A DNA stretch of 64,000 nt from Mobula hypostoma (GCF_963921235.1 NC_086100.1:202060001-202124000), one strand, 5' to 3'; counted from the stretch's first letter, positions 48,720 to 62,700 are shown. Numbers and translations are program-made. The notes: generated from the letters alone by a model not told the origin.

Positions 48720-51625
48720 CATCAAAGCAGATTACACAATATTACATCACAGTACAGGCCTTTCAGAACTCAACGTTGTGGAAACCTTTTAACCTTCTCT
48801 AAGATCAGTTAAACTCTTCCCTTCCACATGGCCCTTATGGACATTTCTACCCTGGGAAAATGACCCTGGCGGTCCAGTCGATCGATACCTCATCATTTTG
48901 TACACCTCAACCAAGTCATCTCTCATCCTCCTTTACCCCAAGAAAAGCTTAAGCTCACAAAACCTGTCCACATCAGACATGCTCTCTAATAGAAACATAG
49001 AAAATAGGTGCAGGAGTAGACCATTCGGCCCTTCGAGCCTGCACCGCCATTTATTATGATCATGGCTGATCATCCAACTCAGAACCCCGCCCCAGCCTTC
49101 CCTCCATACCCCCTGACATAATCCAGACAGCATCCTGGTAACTCTCCTCTGCACCCCCTCCAAATACTCCACATCCTCCAATGAGGTAACCAAAACTGAA
49201 CACAGTTTCTGAGTGTGGTCTAACCCAGCTTTTATATAACTGCAGCATTAACTCATGGCTCTTGAACTCAATCCTCCAACCAATGAAGGCCAACTCACCA
49301 TATGCCTTCTTGACAATCCTATCAACTTGCACAGCAACTTTGAGGGATGTATGGACTTGGATACCAAGGACCTTCTATTCCTTCGCACTGCTAAGAATCC
49401 TGCCATTAACCCTATACTCTTCATTCAGGTCCGGCCTTCCCGAGTGTATCTCATTGTGCAGACTGTGACCGGCCACAGTTGTGCATCTGTACAGGCTGTG
49501 GTCATGGGAAAGTACAGAACAGAAACAGGAACTTCTGCTAATCTTGTCCATACCAAGCCATTTAAACTGCCACCAGGACCATAGCCCTACTATTCGTATA
49601 TCTAGCCACACTTCTCTGAAACACTAAAATGAGCTTGTGCTACCAGCTCATTCCTCACTCTCACAGCCCTCAGTGAAATTTCCCCTCATGTTCCCCTTGA
49701 ACTTTTCACCTTTCACCCTTAACGCATGATCTCTGGTTGCAGTGCCAGCAACCTCAGTGGAAAAAGCCAATTTCTAATCCAATTTACTATCTCATCTTGA
49801 ACGCTGAGCGACTGAACCTTCCTGATTAACATCCCATCTGAGACCTTGTCAAATGCCTTGCTAAAGTCCATGTAGACAACATCCACTGCCTTGCCTTCAT
49901 CCAGTTTCCCAGTAACTTCCTCAAAAACACCAAGACTGAGAGACATGACATTCTACACACAAAACCATGCTGACTATCCTTAATCAATCTATGTCTATCC
50001 AATTACACATATATCTGGGTCACTTAAAATATCTTCCAATCACTTTCCCATTTCTTACCCATTCTCCTAATCTGTCTAAATCCTTCTGCAGCCTTCCTGT
50101 TTCCTCAACACCACCTGCTCCTCCACCAATCTTCGTATAATCTGTAAACTTGGCAACAAAGCCATCCATTCCATCATCTAAATCATTTACGTACAGCATA
50201 AAAAGAAGTGGTCCCAAAACCGACTCCTGTGGAACACCTCTAGTCACTGGCAGCCAACCAGAAAAATTGTTTTATTCCCACTCACTGACTCCTACCAATC
50301 AGCCAATGCTCTAACCATGTTAGCAACTTTCCTGTAATACCATGGGCTCTTAACTTGGTAAGCAGCCTCATGTGAGGAACCTTGTCAAAGCCCTTCTGAA
50401 AGTCCAAACATACAACATCTGCTGCATTACAATGTACCTAAGAGATTGATATCATTTTAAAGGCAAGGGTGGTCATAGAAACAGAAATCTGCCACACATT
50501 ACAGGCCCATTGGCCCACAATGTCCTGCCGACCATGTAACCTACTCTAAAAGCTGCCTAGAATTTCCCTACCGCATAGCCCTCTATTTTTCTAAGCTCCA
50601 TGTATCTAAGAGTCTCTTAAAAGACCCTATTGTATCCACATTTACCACCATCACTGGCAGTGCATTCCATGCACCCACCACTCTGTGTGAAAAACTTAAA
50701 CTCTGACATCCCACTTTTACCTACTTCCAAGCACCTTAAAAATATGCCCCCTCATGTTAGACATTTCAGCCCTGAAGGCTATCCACACGATCAATGCCCC
50801 TCATCATCTTATACACCTCTGTCAGGTCACCTCTCATCCTCCGTCGCTCCAAGGATAAAAGGCCAAGCTCACTGAATTTATTCTTATAAGGCATGCTCTC
50901 CAATCCAGACAAAATCATTGTAAATATCCTCTGCACTCTCTTTATAGTATCCCCATCCTTCCTGTAGTGAGGTGACCAGAACTGAACACATTACTCCAAG
51001 TGAGGTCTAAGGTCTTATATAGCCGTAACATTACCTCACGGCTCTTGAACTCAATCCCACAGTTCACGAGGCCAACACACAACATGCCCTCTTAACAACA
51101 CCATGAGAACAACGCATCAGCTTTGAGAGTCCTATGGACACTAACCCCAAGATCTCACTGATCCTCCAAAGTGCCAAAGGTCTTACTGTTAATATTATAT
51201 TGTCTTCAAATTTGACCTACCAAAATGAACCACTTCACACTTATCTGGGTTGAACTCCATCTGCCACTTCTCAGTCCAGTTCCTGATCCTTACAATGTCC
51301 CACTGTGACCTCTGACAACCCTCCAGACTATCCACAAAACCCCCAACTTTTGTGTCATCAGCAAACTTACTAACCTACCCTTCTACTTCCTCATCCAGGT
51401 CATTTCTAAAAATCACAAAGTGGTGGGGTCCCAGAGCAGATCTCTGTGGAACACCACTGGTCACCATCTTCCATGCAGAATATGGGCCATCTACAACTAC
51501 CTTTTGCCTTCTGTGGGCAAGCCAATTCTGGATCCAAAAATCAAGGTCCTTGAATCCCATGCCTCCTTACTTTCTGAATGAGCCTTGCATGGGGAACCTT
51601 ATCAAATGCCTTACTGTAATCCATA
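48720..51625 (-). mobile_element. Cluster of degraded CR1 3' fragments, including a ~130-bp young CR1 tail at 48989-49116
   Basis: Repeated DFSKAFDKV, GVPQ and KFTD motifs and CR1 3' UTRs. Confidence 0.8.
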
Positions 51626-51627
51626 TA

Positions 51628-52806
51628 CAGTGGCATGCAAAAGTATGGGCACCCCGGTCAAAATTTCTGTTACTGTGTATAGCTAAATGAGTAAAAGGTT
51701 ACTTGATTTCCAAAAGGCATAAAGTTAAAGATGACACATTTCTTTAATATCTTAAGAAAACTTTATTTCCATCTTTTACAGTTTCAAAATAAGGCATCTG
51801 TTATTCTTGCGAGACCATGGATCTGTGCCTGGAAAGTTTTCACTCTCCAGGGTACAGGCCTGGGCAAGGTTGTATGGAAGACCGGCAGTTGCCCATGCTG
51901 CAAGTCTCCCCTCTCCATGACACCAATGTTGTCCAAGGGAAGGGCATTAGGATGCATACTGCTTGGCACCAGTGTCGTCGCAGAGCAGTGTGATTAAGTG
52001 CCTTGCTCAAGGACACAACACGCTGCCTCGGCTAGGGCTCAAACTCACAATCGCTAGTCGAACGCCTTAACCACTTGGCCACGTGCCTACAGATTCAAAA
52101 TAACAAAAAAGGAAAAGGGCTCAAAGCAAAAGTTTGGGCACCCTGCATGGCAGTACTTAGTAACACCCCCATTGGCAAGTATCACAGCTTGTAAACGCTT
52201 CCTGCAACCAGCTAGGAGTCTTTCAATTCTTGTTTGGGGGATTTTCGCCCATTCTTCCGGGCAAAAGGCTTCTAGTTCTCTGAGATTCTTGGGCCAACTT
52301 GCACGCACTGCTCTTTTGAGGTCTACCCACAGATTCTCGATGAGGTTTAGGTCAGGGGACTGTGAGGGCCATGGCAAAACCTTTAGCTTGAGCCTCGAGG
52401 AAGTCCATTGTGGATTTTGAAGTGTGTTTAGGTTCATTATCCTGTTGTTGTAGAAGCCATCCTCTTTTCATCTTTAGCTTTTTTTTAAATTAACGGACAG
52501 TGTGATGTTTGCTTCCAGAATTTGCTGGTATTTAATTGAATTCATTCTTCTCTCTACCAGTAAATGTTCCCCGTGCCACTGGCTGCAACACAAGCCCAAA
52601 GCATAATCGATCCACCCCGATCCTTAACAGTTGGAGAGGGGTTCTTCTCATGAAATTTTATATCCTTTTTTCTCCAAACATACCTTTGCTCATTGCGGCC
52701 AAAAAGTTCTGTTTTAACTTTATCAGTCCACAGGATTTGTTTCCAAAATGCATCAGGCTTGTTTAGATGTTCCTTTGAACCTTTTGAATAGAACTTTTTG
52801 GCCGCA
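51628..52806 (-). mobile_element. Tc1 DNA transposon 3' part (IR/DR type)
   Basis: ta|cagtggcatgcaaaagtatgggcaccc terminus; inner DR gcaaaagtttgggcaccc at ~52126; transposase motif WPSQSPDLNLIENLW. Confidence 0.85.
51793..52087 (-). mobile_element. tRNA-derived CORE-like SINE with LINE-like tail
   Basis: A box tggccaagtgg, B-box-like gtttgagccc, CORE-like tgtgtccttgagcaaggcacttaa; 16-bp TSD tacag(t/a)ttcaaaataa at 51777 and 52088. Confidence 0.75.
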
Positions 52807-55800
52807 ATGAGCTTTCTAAGGGTATTTCACATTTATAAATGTCTTGTAGAGCATTGTGTATACCACTCCAATAGTCTTTGATAACAGGGCGATCCCAGAA
52901 AATATGATAATGGTTTGCATTTTGATTTCCACAATTTCTCCGGCAAACAGGGAGGTTACTATCATAATGGGATTTCTGAGAGGGTGTAATAAAATATCTT
53001 ATCAAGTTTTTCCATCCAAACTCCCTCCAGTTCTGTGAACTGGTACACTTCCATTGATACCTCCATATTATTGTCCATTCTTCCTCAGATATAATTATCC
53101 CTCCTCCCATTTTGTTTTAATGTATGAAGTCAAATGTGTTTTAAGATTTGACAAACTCTTATACACGCTTAAAATAATTCTACTACCATTATCTGAATTA
53201 TATACTTTTCTAAATAGCTCTATCAAACATGTACTTGCCTTGGTTACATTTTTAACCCTCCTATTAAGATACTGTCGCATCTGTAGATACCGATAAAAGT
53301 CTTGTTTTTCTAATGTGTTTCTCTTCAAGCATTACAAAACTGAACAGTGTTCCTTCTTTCATTATATTGCAAAGAACTGTTATTCCTTTAGCTGTCCAGT
53401 CCTTAAATCTAGCATCCAGTTTATTAGGCGTAAAATCCGAGTCATGCACACCATTTAAGAATTGCAATATCTCCCTCTAGTTTATATTCTTTTATAATAG
53501 TTTTCCATATTTTAAGAGTCCATTTTACCCATGGATAATCAATAGTATTTATGTACCTTTGTAGGTTGCTATCAGCCAAAATTGCCTGTATGGGGATGGG
53601 AAATATCCCCTCTTCATTGTTTGTCCATTGAGCGTCATATGATGGGTTGCACCAACATATCACAGCTCTCAACTGCGCTGCAAAATAATAATCTCCAAAG
53701 TAAAGCCCATCCCCCTGTTTTCTTAACTAATTGCAAAGTTTTGAGACACTAGGCCTTTTACCTTGGCATATATATCTTGATAACGTTTTGTTCCATTCAT
53801 TGAATTGATTTTGAATAATCTCTATAGGTAGGGTCTGAAAGAGATATAGTAGTCGGGGCAGTAAATTCATTTTAGTAGATTCAATCCTTGAACTGAGACT
53901 AAAAAAAGGAATTAGGTTCCATCTTGTTATATCTTCCTTAATTTTCTTATATATAGGCTGTATCCTTTAATGTATCCTGTGCCAAATTCAATTTGTGTTT
54001 TTTTCCTAGTTCCTTCAGCCTATTTTATAATTCCTCTAATGTTTTATTCCTTATTTTCTTATATGAAGATATCACTATAATTTTCCCTCTTAAGACAGCC
54101 TTCAGAGAATCCCATAGAATGGGAGGTGAATTCTAAGTAAAGACCAATTTCTTTTTTAATTTGTTCCTTAAAATAGGGATCATTGAGTAGAGTTGAATTT
54201 AGTTTCCAAATAGTATTCTTTGGTTGTAGGTCAAAATCAACAGATAAATATATAGGTGCATGGTCACTCACATCTATTGTCCCAATTCCACAGGTGTTTA
54301 TTTTGTCTTTGCCTTTTCCAAATGTTATGAAATAGTCTATTGTATATACGGAATGGGGGGCAGAATAATGAGTGTAATCCCTTCTGTCGGGGAAAAGAGC
54401 CCTCCATTTATCAATTTACCAACATCCTCAAAAAGTGTATTAACTCCGTTATGTTAGGATTTTGTTTCATAGGTTTTTCTATTGGAAGAGTCTAACTTTG
54501 GTTGCAATTGTAAATTTAAGTCTCCCCCACATATCAGGAGACCTTCTGTTTCCGTTACCATAATATTAGTAATTTTCTGAAAGAAACCAATATCACTTCC
54601 TGGGGGTGCATATATATTCAATAGAGTAACTGAATTTCCATCTATATTCCCCTTACCAGAATATATCTGCCCTCCATATCTCCCATTTCAAATACTTTTT
54701 CAAAATTTAGTTTGCTTGAGATAAGAATAGCAACTCCTCTCCTATGTCCTGATTTATATGAGGAGAAAAACAAATTAGTGAAGCCCATTCTCTTTAGTTT
54801 TCCATGCTCATTATCACTGAAGCCAGTTTCCTGTAAATATACTACATGGGCTTGTTCTTTTTCCATTTTGGATAGAATATTACTGCGTTTGATTGGATTT
54901 AACAGCCCATTGACATTAAAAGAAATGAATTTTACTTTGTCCTTAGCCATGTGTATTTATCTGTCAATATATCATTGAAATTAGCAGAATAAAACTTAAT
55001 TGATCCACTCCCTGAACAAATAAGAACCAAGAAACACGAATAATTTAAAAAAGTCAACGAAGGTGTGATTCCAAGGCCGAGGTCTCCAGTAGATGACCCT
55101 GGGTTGAGCTAGAGGAAATGTCTAGCCGTGGAGATAGCCGCTCCTCCCTGAGTTGGGGGCCCCCCATTACAGTACCCATAAAAATAAGTGAAGTCTATGT
55201 CCATTACACAGAAAAGATTTCCCTGTATATTCCTCCCATATATATTCTCATTTAGGAGGGGAAAAAGGAGTGAATGAATAAAAAAAAAATTGAGTAATAT
55301 AAAATCCACATTATAATAAGTATTTCTTGAGATAGGTATAGCACCATCTCTTTTTGCTTCCGTTTATCTTATCAACACTTTTAAAGTTAGCCAAACCTTA
55401 TGGCTCTTCTGGAGGGGGTTTGGAAAACTCACAGTCTCTTCCTGATATTCTCTCGCCCACCTCCCATCCCCTGCTTTCTCGGTTCTCTTACTATTTCCCA
55501 AGCAGATCGGGATAACTGCTCAGCCAGGCTTTCCCTCGGTTTGATCACGCTGATGGGCTGCCCTCTGTTCCTCATGTCTGCAGTCGCCTCTTCCACTGTC
55601 TGATACAGTTGCATACCATCTTCATAAAACACCCGCAGTTTAGCAGGGTACGGAGCTTGGAATCTCATCATTCCTTGCTTTAATATTTGCTTTACTGCAG
55701 AGTATTCTTTACGTTTCTGCAGGACCACCGGGGTGGGTAACCTTGATCGAAATATATTATTTCCTGTCCAAAAACACCCTCTTCTTACCCCAGGCCCTTG

Positions 55801-56527
55801 GTAGAATCTCTGCCTTGGTACTGTATCAAAGGAATCCAATTACTATTGAGCGTGGCTTACCGTCTCTGTCTCCAGTAGGCCTCGGGACGAGTGCACGATG
55901 CACCCTCTCAATTTCAAGCTCCGTAGTGGAGGGAATCTCTAGCGCGTCCCACAGCAATTTTCCTACAAACTCCATCATAGACAAACCCTCCACTCCTTCG
56001 GGAACTTTGTAAATCCTGATATTTTTCCGTCGTGATCTTCCCTCCTGGTCATGCAATTTACTTTCTTGTTGATTTAATATTTTTATCGTCTTACTTAGTA
56101 TCTGTTCCACGTTTTGCACGTGATCTTCCACCTTCTCAATTCGAGTCTCTGCCACCGCTATTTTCTGATTGACGTTGGCGAGCTTTGACTTTATATCATT
56201 GAGTTTCTGTTTTATCTCTTTTTGGACTTCCCTTATCTCTTCCAGAATCTTTATCATACTTGCCACTTCGCCTGAACGAGGCCCCGTGTCAGCCTCGCCA
56301 CCACGCGCACGTGTAGGAGAGCCACACGTTGCACTTCTCTCGTCCATAGGCTCCACAGTAGTGTTTTTTTATCTCCATTCTTCTTCCCCCATTCTTGGCC
56401 CCCCTTATCAATTCAGGTATTTTCGAAAGATCTTATACTTGATGGATTAATGGGGCAATATATGCGTTTTTCCGGAGGAGCTATTGATTTAAGCTGCCAT
56501 TCTGGACAATGACGTCACCGGAACCCC
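52807..56527 (-). mobile_element. Degraded L1 LINE
   Basis: ORF1 motifs EGRSRRKNIRI, IERVHR, PYPAKL; ORF2 MAKDKVKFISFNVNGL..YLQET and SDHAP; C-terminal zinc knuckle CRRNCG..HIFW; RT largely deleted. Confidence 0.88.
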
Positions 56528-57065
56528 ACATGATTTTTCTTAATGTCTATATACTCAAGTGTTTCAATCTGCTTTAAGTCATCCCCATAATTGCCAAGGT
56601 CCTTTTCACTGGTGAATACTGAAGCAATGGGGATAATTTCACTTAGCTTCACTTGTCCCATGATTGAAATGTTCCCTGAACCTATGGACCCCCTTTCAAA
56701 GATACTTCATCTCATGTTCGCAATATTTATTGCTTATTTTATTATTTATTTCGGTAGCTGCAGTTGTCTTTTGCACACTGGTTGTACACCCATTGATTCT
56801 AATATGGTTGTTGGATTTACTGAGTGTGCCCACAAGGAAATGAATCTCAGGGTTTACATGGTGACGTAAATTTACTTTGATCTCTGAGGAACACCGCTAA
56901 TCTCAGGTCTGCAGTCTGAGAAACAACCTCCCGCCATCTCCCCTCTGTCTTCTCTTATCAGGCCAGTTGTGCATCCAATTAACCAGACCCGAGGCACACA
57001 GACTTCCCTGAGTCAAACCACTACTTCCAGGTCTCCAGTCTGAGAAACAACCTCCCACTATTCCC

Positions 57066-57303
57066 AAACAACAGAAATTCTGCAGATGCTGGAAATTCAA
57101 GCAACACACATAAAAGTTGCTGGTGAACGCAGCAGGCCAGGCAGCATCTCCAGGAAGAGGTGCAGTCGACGTTTCAGGCCGAGACCCTTCGTCAGGACTA
57201 ACTGAAGGAAGTCCTGACGAAGGGTCTCGGCCTGAAATGTCGACTGCACCTCTTCCTAGAGGTGCTGCCTGGCCTGCTGCGTTCACCAGCAACTTTTATG
57301 TGT
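57066..57303. mobile_element. Palindromic Penelope-derived mini-element with two opposed hammerhead motifs
   Basis: ~94-bp inverted arms (57106-57199 and 57210-57303), 10-nt loop; 12-bp TSD cccactattccc at 57054-57065 and 57304-57315. Confidence 0.9.
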
Positions 57304-57397
57304 CCCACTATTCCCCTCTGTTTTCTCTCATCAAGCCAATCATGTATCCACAATTCCTTCTTCTTCAACCCTTTATTTTCCCCACCCACCTGACTTC

Positions 57398-58712
57398 GGC
57401 CGGTAGCACTCACATCGACAGCGATGATGTTGGTCATGACAGGACTGAACTCCTGCTTCAGCAAGGACCTGGACCCATTGCAATTTGCCTATCATCACAA
57501 TAGGTCAACGGCAAACGCAATCTCAATGACTCTCCGCACAGCCTTAGACCACGTGGACAACAAACACCCACGTCAGGATGCTGTTCATCGACTATAGCTC
57601 AGCATTCCCACAATCCTGATTGAGAAGTTGCAGAACCTGGGCCTCTGTATCTCCCTCTGCGATTGGATCCTCAACTTCCTAACTGGAAGACCACAATCTG
57701 TGCAGATTGGCGATAACATATCCTCCTCACTGACAATCAACACTGGTACACCTCTGGGGTGTGTGCTTAGCCCACTGCTCTACTCTCTGTATACACATGA
57801 CTGTGTGCCTAGGCATAGCTCAAATACCATCTACAAATTTGCTGATGATACAACCATGTTGGTAGAATCTCAGGTGGTGACGAGAGGGCGTACAGGAGTG
57901 AGATATGCCAACTAGTGGAGTGGTGTCGCAACAACAACCTGGCACTCAACGTCAGTAAGATGAAAGAGTCAGGAAGGGTAAGATGAAGGAACACATACCA
58001 GTCCTCAGAGGGATCAGAAGTGGAGACAATGAGCAGCTTCTAGTTCCTGGGTGTCAAGATCTCTGAGGATCTAACCTGGTCCCAACATATCGATGTAGTT
58101 ATAAAGAAGGCAAGCAGCTGCTATACTTCATTAGGAGTTTAAAGAGATTTGGCATGTCAACAAATACACTCAAAAACTTCTATAGTTGTACCGTAGAGAG
58201 CATTCTGACAGGCTGCATCACTGTCTGGAATGGAGGGGCTATTGCACAGGACTAAAAGAAGCTGCAGAGGGTTGTAAATCCAGTCAGCTCTATCTTGGGC
58301 ACTAGCCTACAAAGTACCCAGGATATCTTTAGGGAGTGGTGTCTCAGAAAGACAGCGACCATTATTAAGGACCTCCAGCACCCAGGGCATGCCCTTTTCT
58401 CACTGTTACCATCGGGTAGGAGATACAGAAGCCTGAAGGCACACACTTAGCGATTCAGGAACAGCTTCTTCCCCTCTGCCATCCGATTCCTAAATGGATA
58501 TTGAATCTTTGGACACGACTCACTTTTTAAAAAAAAATATACAGTATTTCTGTTTTTGCACTTTTTAAAAAATCTATTCAATATACGCAACTGATTTACT
58601 TATTATGTTTTATTATTTTTTTCTCTATGCTAGATTATGTATTACAGTGAACTGCTGCTAAGTTAACAAACTTCATGTCACAAGGTGGTGATAATAAACC
58701 TGATTCTGATTC
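57398..58712 (+). mobile_element. Rex1/Babar LINE 3' portion
   Basis: [21 protein letters not shown] and KFADDTT motifs; tail aataaacctgattctgattc. Confidence 0.85.
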
Positions 58713-58863
58713 ACCTTTCACCTTCTTGTTCGCCTTCCTTCCCCTCCCACCAAAATATTCTGGTGTCCAATCCCTTCCTTTCTAGTCCTGATTAAGGATC
58801 TTGAACTGAAATATTGACCGTTCATTCATTTTCATAGATACCGCCTGACCTGCTGAGTTCCTC

Positions 58864-59500
58864 TGATGGAATGAAGGGATAGGTAAATAGGGGGAAAAAG
58901 AGAGGACAATGATTAACTTATAATCAATCACCTTGTAAGCGCCTTAGCTTACTGCTTTGGACAAGTTTGGACAAGTCAGACAGAAGCTTCACTCTGCAAC
59001 GGGTGACATACTGGCCATTATTGTCTAAAGATAGGCATAGGGTTAAATAAGGAACTAACTGATCCTGCAGAAGCATCTCAAGGTATAGCTAAACATGGGA
59101 GGGATGAGGTAACAGCTAGAATGTTCTTGAGAAAAGGGGAAGGGGTCCGAATGGGGAACTGATGGGCTAGCTTTGGCTTAAAATAATTATAACTAACTGA
59201 CCAATGATTATCTTACATCTAATTGTATCTTAGCATGTGATTGAAATGATTCTAATATTATCTAAACTTGTAATGGTAAGATTTCCTGCTCCCTGATCAA
59301 TGTTATAAATTGTGGAGAATTGTGTAATTCGGGGGCAGTGTCCTTTGGGAGATCAGTCTGTAACTGGCTCCTTTGGGAGATCAGTCTGTAACTTCCCCCA
59401 TAGCATGCTATGAGTAGAGAATAAAGGTTTGAAAAGAATTACATGTGTCAGTGTATTTGTGGTACGATTGCTCTTGCATCGGGTCCGATCGAGTACGACA
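58864..59500 (+). mobile_element. Solo LTR (ERV or Gypsy type)
   Basis: TG...CA ends; 4-bp imperfect TSD cctc/cttc; TATA-like site ~59304; AATAAA ~59420; internal 25-bp direct repeat; splits an old Penelope-like remnant. Confidence 0.7.
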
Positions 59501-59729
59501 CTTCCAGCACTTTGTGTGCTGTTGTTGAGCATCTACTCAGTCGCTCTTCCTGAATTCCACATGATCTAACCTTCGTGACGCGATCTTGTCAAAAGCTTTG
59601 CTAAAGTCCAACGTCCACTGACCATAAGATACAGCAGCAGAATTAGGTCTTTCGAACCGAGTCTGCTCCACTATTTCATTATGGCTGATCCATTTTTCCT
59701 CTCAGCCCCATTCTCCTACCTTCAGAGGT

Positions 59730-62700
59730 GACGAGGGAGTTTAAGATAAAAGAACCCTTAGGAACCAGTGATCACAATGGGAGGATGAGGAGATTATAGA
59801 TCGTAGCTACAGGGAGGTAGTTACGCCAAAGGAGCAGAGGACAGGAAATTGGGTCACTGTCAGGCGAGGGAAGAGGAAAGGGCAGGCAGAGCAGGGTTCC
59901 CCTGTGGCCATTCCCCTCAACAACAAGTATACCACATTGGATACTGTTGAGGGGGATCTCTGGCACTGAGTCTGGCTCTGCAGTGCAGAAGGGAGGGTGG
60001 AAAAAGAGGAGAGCGGTAGTGATAGGGGACTCGATAGTTAGAGGTGCAGATAGAAGGTTCTGTGGTCGTGACAGAGAATCCAGGATGGTTTGTTGCCTCT
60101 GGATGCCAGGGTCAAGGATGTCTCTGATCGATTGCATGACATTCTGAAGTGGGAGGGCGACCAGCCAGATGTCGTGGTGCACGTCGGTACCAATGACATA
60201 GCAAGGAAGAGTGAGGAGGTCCTGGACAGTGAGTATAGAGAGCTTGGTAGGAAGTTGAAAAGCAGGACCTCCAGGGTGGTAATCTCAGGATTGCTACCTG
60301 TGCTACGTGCCAGTGAGGGTAGGAATAGGAAGCTCTGGAGGATGAACAAGTGGCTGAGGAACTGGTGTAGGGGGCAGGGTTTCAGATTTCAGGATCATTG
60401 GGACCTCTTCTGGGGCAGGTGGGACCTGTACAAGAGAGACGGGTTACACTTGAACTACAGGGGGACCAATATCCTTTCAGGGAGGTTTGTTAATGCTATT
60501 GGGGGGGCTTTAAACTAGATTTGCAGGGGGATGGGAACCAGAGTTCCAGAGCTGACAGTGTGGCTGGGGTGAAAATAAATGATGTTAAAAGTTCAAGCAA
60601 ATCCGCTAATAGAAAGATTGTGAGTGGTGGTAAAAATCTTCTGAGGTGTATATATTTCAATGCTAGGAGTATTGCGGGGAAGGCAGATGAGTTGAGGGTG
60701 TGGATTGACACGTGGAATTATGACATTGTAGCAATTAGTGAAACATGGCTACAGGAGGGGCAGGACTGGCAGCTTAATATTCCAAGGTTCCGATGTTTCA
60801 GATGTGATCGAGGCAGAGGAATGAGTGGCATTGCTTGTTAGGGAAAATATTACAGCAGTGCTCATGCAGGACAGATTAGAGGGCTTGTCTACTGAGTCCT
60901 TGTGGGTGGAGCTGAGAAACAGGAAAGGTATGGCCACATTAGTGGGATTGTATTACAGACCACCCAATAGTCAAAGAGAATTGGAAGAGCAAATCTGCAG
61001 ACAGATAGCAAGCAACTGCAGGAAACATAAAGTTGTGGTGGTAGGGGATTTTAATTTTCCATATATTGATTAGGTCTCCCACACTGTTAGGGGTCTAGAT
61101 GGATTAGAGTTTGTAAAATGTGTTCAGGAAAGTTTTCTAAATCAATATATAGAGGGACCAACTAGAGGGGATGCAATATTGGATGTCCTGTTAGGAAAAG
61201 TGACAGAAGTCTGCGCAGGGGAGCACTTTGGTTCCAGTGATCATAACACCATTAGTTTCAACTTGATCATGGACAAGGATAGATCTGGTCCTAGGGTTGA
61301 GGTTCTTAACTGGAAGAAGGCCAAATTTGAAGAAATAAGAAAGGATCTAAAAAGCGTGGATTGGGACAGGTTGTTCTCTGGCAAGGATGTGATCGGTAGG
61401 TGGGAAGCCTTCAAAGGAGAAATTTTGAGAGTGCAGAATTTGTATGTTCCTGTCAGGATTAAAGGCAAAGTGAATAGGAATACGGAACCTTGGTTCTCAA
61501 GGGATATTGCAACTCTGATAAAGAAGAGAGAGTTGTATGACATGTATAGGAAGCAGGGAGTAAATAAGGTGCTTGACGAGTATAAGAAGTGCAAGAAAAT
61601 ACATAAGAAAGAAATCAGGAGTGCTAAAAGACATGAGGTTGCCTTGGCAGTCAAAGTGAAGGATAATCCAAACAGCTTTTACAGGTATATTAAGAGCAAA
61701 AGGATTGTAAGGGATAAAATTGGTCCTCTTGAAGATCAGAGTGGTCGGCTATGTGCGGAACCAAAGGAAATGGGGGAGATCTTAAATAGGTTTTTTTGCG
61801 TCTGTATTTACTAAGGAAACTGGCATGAAGTCTATGGAATTAAGGGAAACAAGTAGTGAGATCATGGAAACTGTACAGATTGAAAAGGAGGAGGTCCTTG
61901 CTGTCTTGAGGAAAATTAAAGTGGATAAATCCCCGGGACCTGACAGAGTGTTCCCTCGGACCTTGAAGGAGACTAGTGTTGAAATTGCAGGGGCCCTGGC
62001 TGAAATATTTAAAATGTCGCTGTCTGCAGGTGAGGTGCCGGAGGATTGGAGAGTGGCTCATGTTGTTCCTTTGTTTAAAAAAGGATCAAAAAGTAATCCG
62101 GGAAATTATAGGCCAGTAAGTTTAACGTCGGTAGTAGGTAAGTTATTGGAGGGAGTACTAAGAGACAGAATCTACAAGCATTTGGATAGACAGGGACTTA
62201 TTAGGGAGAGTCAACATGGCTTTGTGCGTGGTAGGTCATGTTTGACCAATCTATTGGAGTTTTTCGAGGAGGTTACCAGGAAAGTGGATGAAGGGAAGGC
62301 AGTGGATATTGTCTACATGGACTTCAGTAAGGCCTTTGACAAGGTCCCGCATGGGAGGTTAGTTAGAAAAATTCAGTCGCTAGGTATACATGGAGAGGTG
62401 GTAAATTGGATTAGACATTGGCTCGATGGAAGAAGCCAGAGAGTGGTGGTAGAGAATTGCTTCTCTGAGTGGAGGCCTGTGACTAGTGGTGTGCCACAGG
62501 GATCAGTGCTGGGTCCATTGTTATTTGTCATCTATATCAATGATCTGGATGATAATGTGGTAAACTGGATCAGCAAATTTGCTGATGATACAAAGATTGG
62601 AGGTGTAGTAGACAGTGAGGAAGGTTTTCAGAGCCTGCAGAGGTACTTGGACCAGCTGAAAAAATGGGCTGAAAAATGGCACATGGAGTTTAATACTGAC

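Noticed and set aside
52020..52087. tRNA gene
   Set aside because: A/B boxes without a full cloverleaf; it is the SINE head.
58780..58825. Additional hammerhead motif
   Set aside because: The core is degenerate (ctgatta, gaaatatt); an old Penelope-like remnant.
2623..60518. Link between the CR1 ORF1 SGNH esterases and the SGNH-like PCED1 gene
   Set aside because: Only fold-level motifs (GDS, DGxH) are shared; PCED1 is a conserved intron-containing gene and CR1 is abundant throughout the window.
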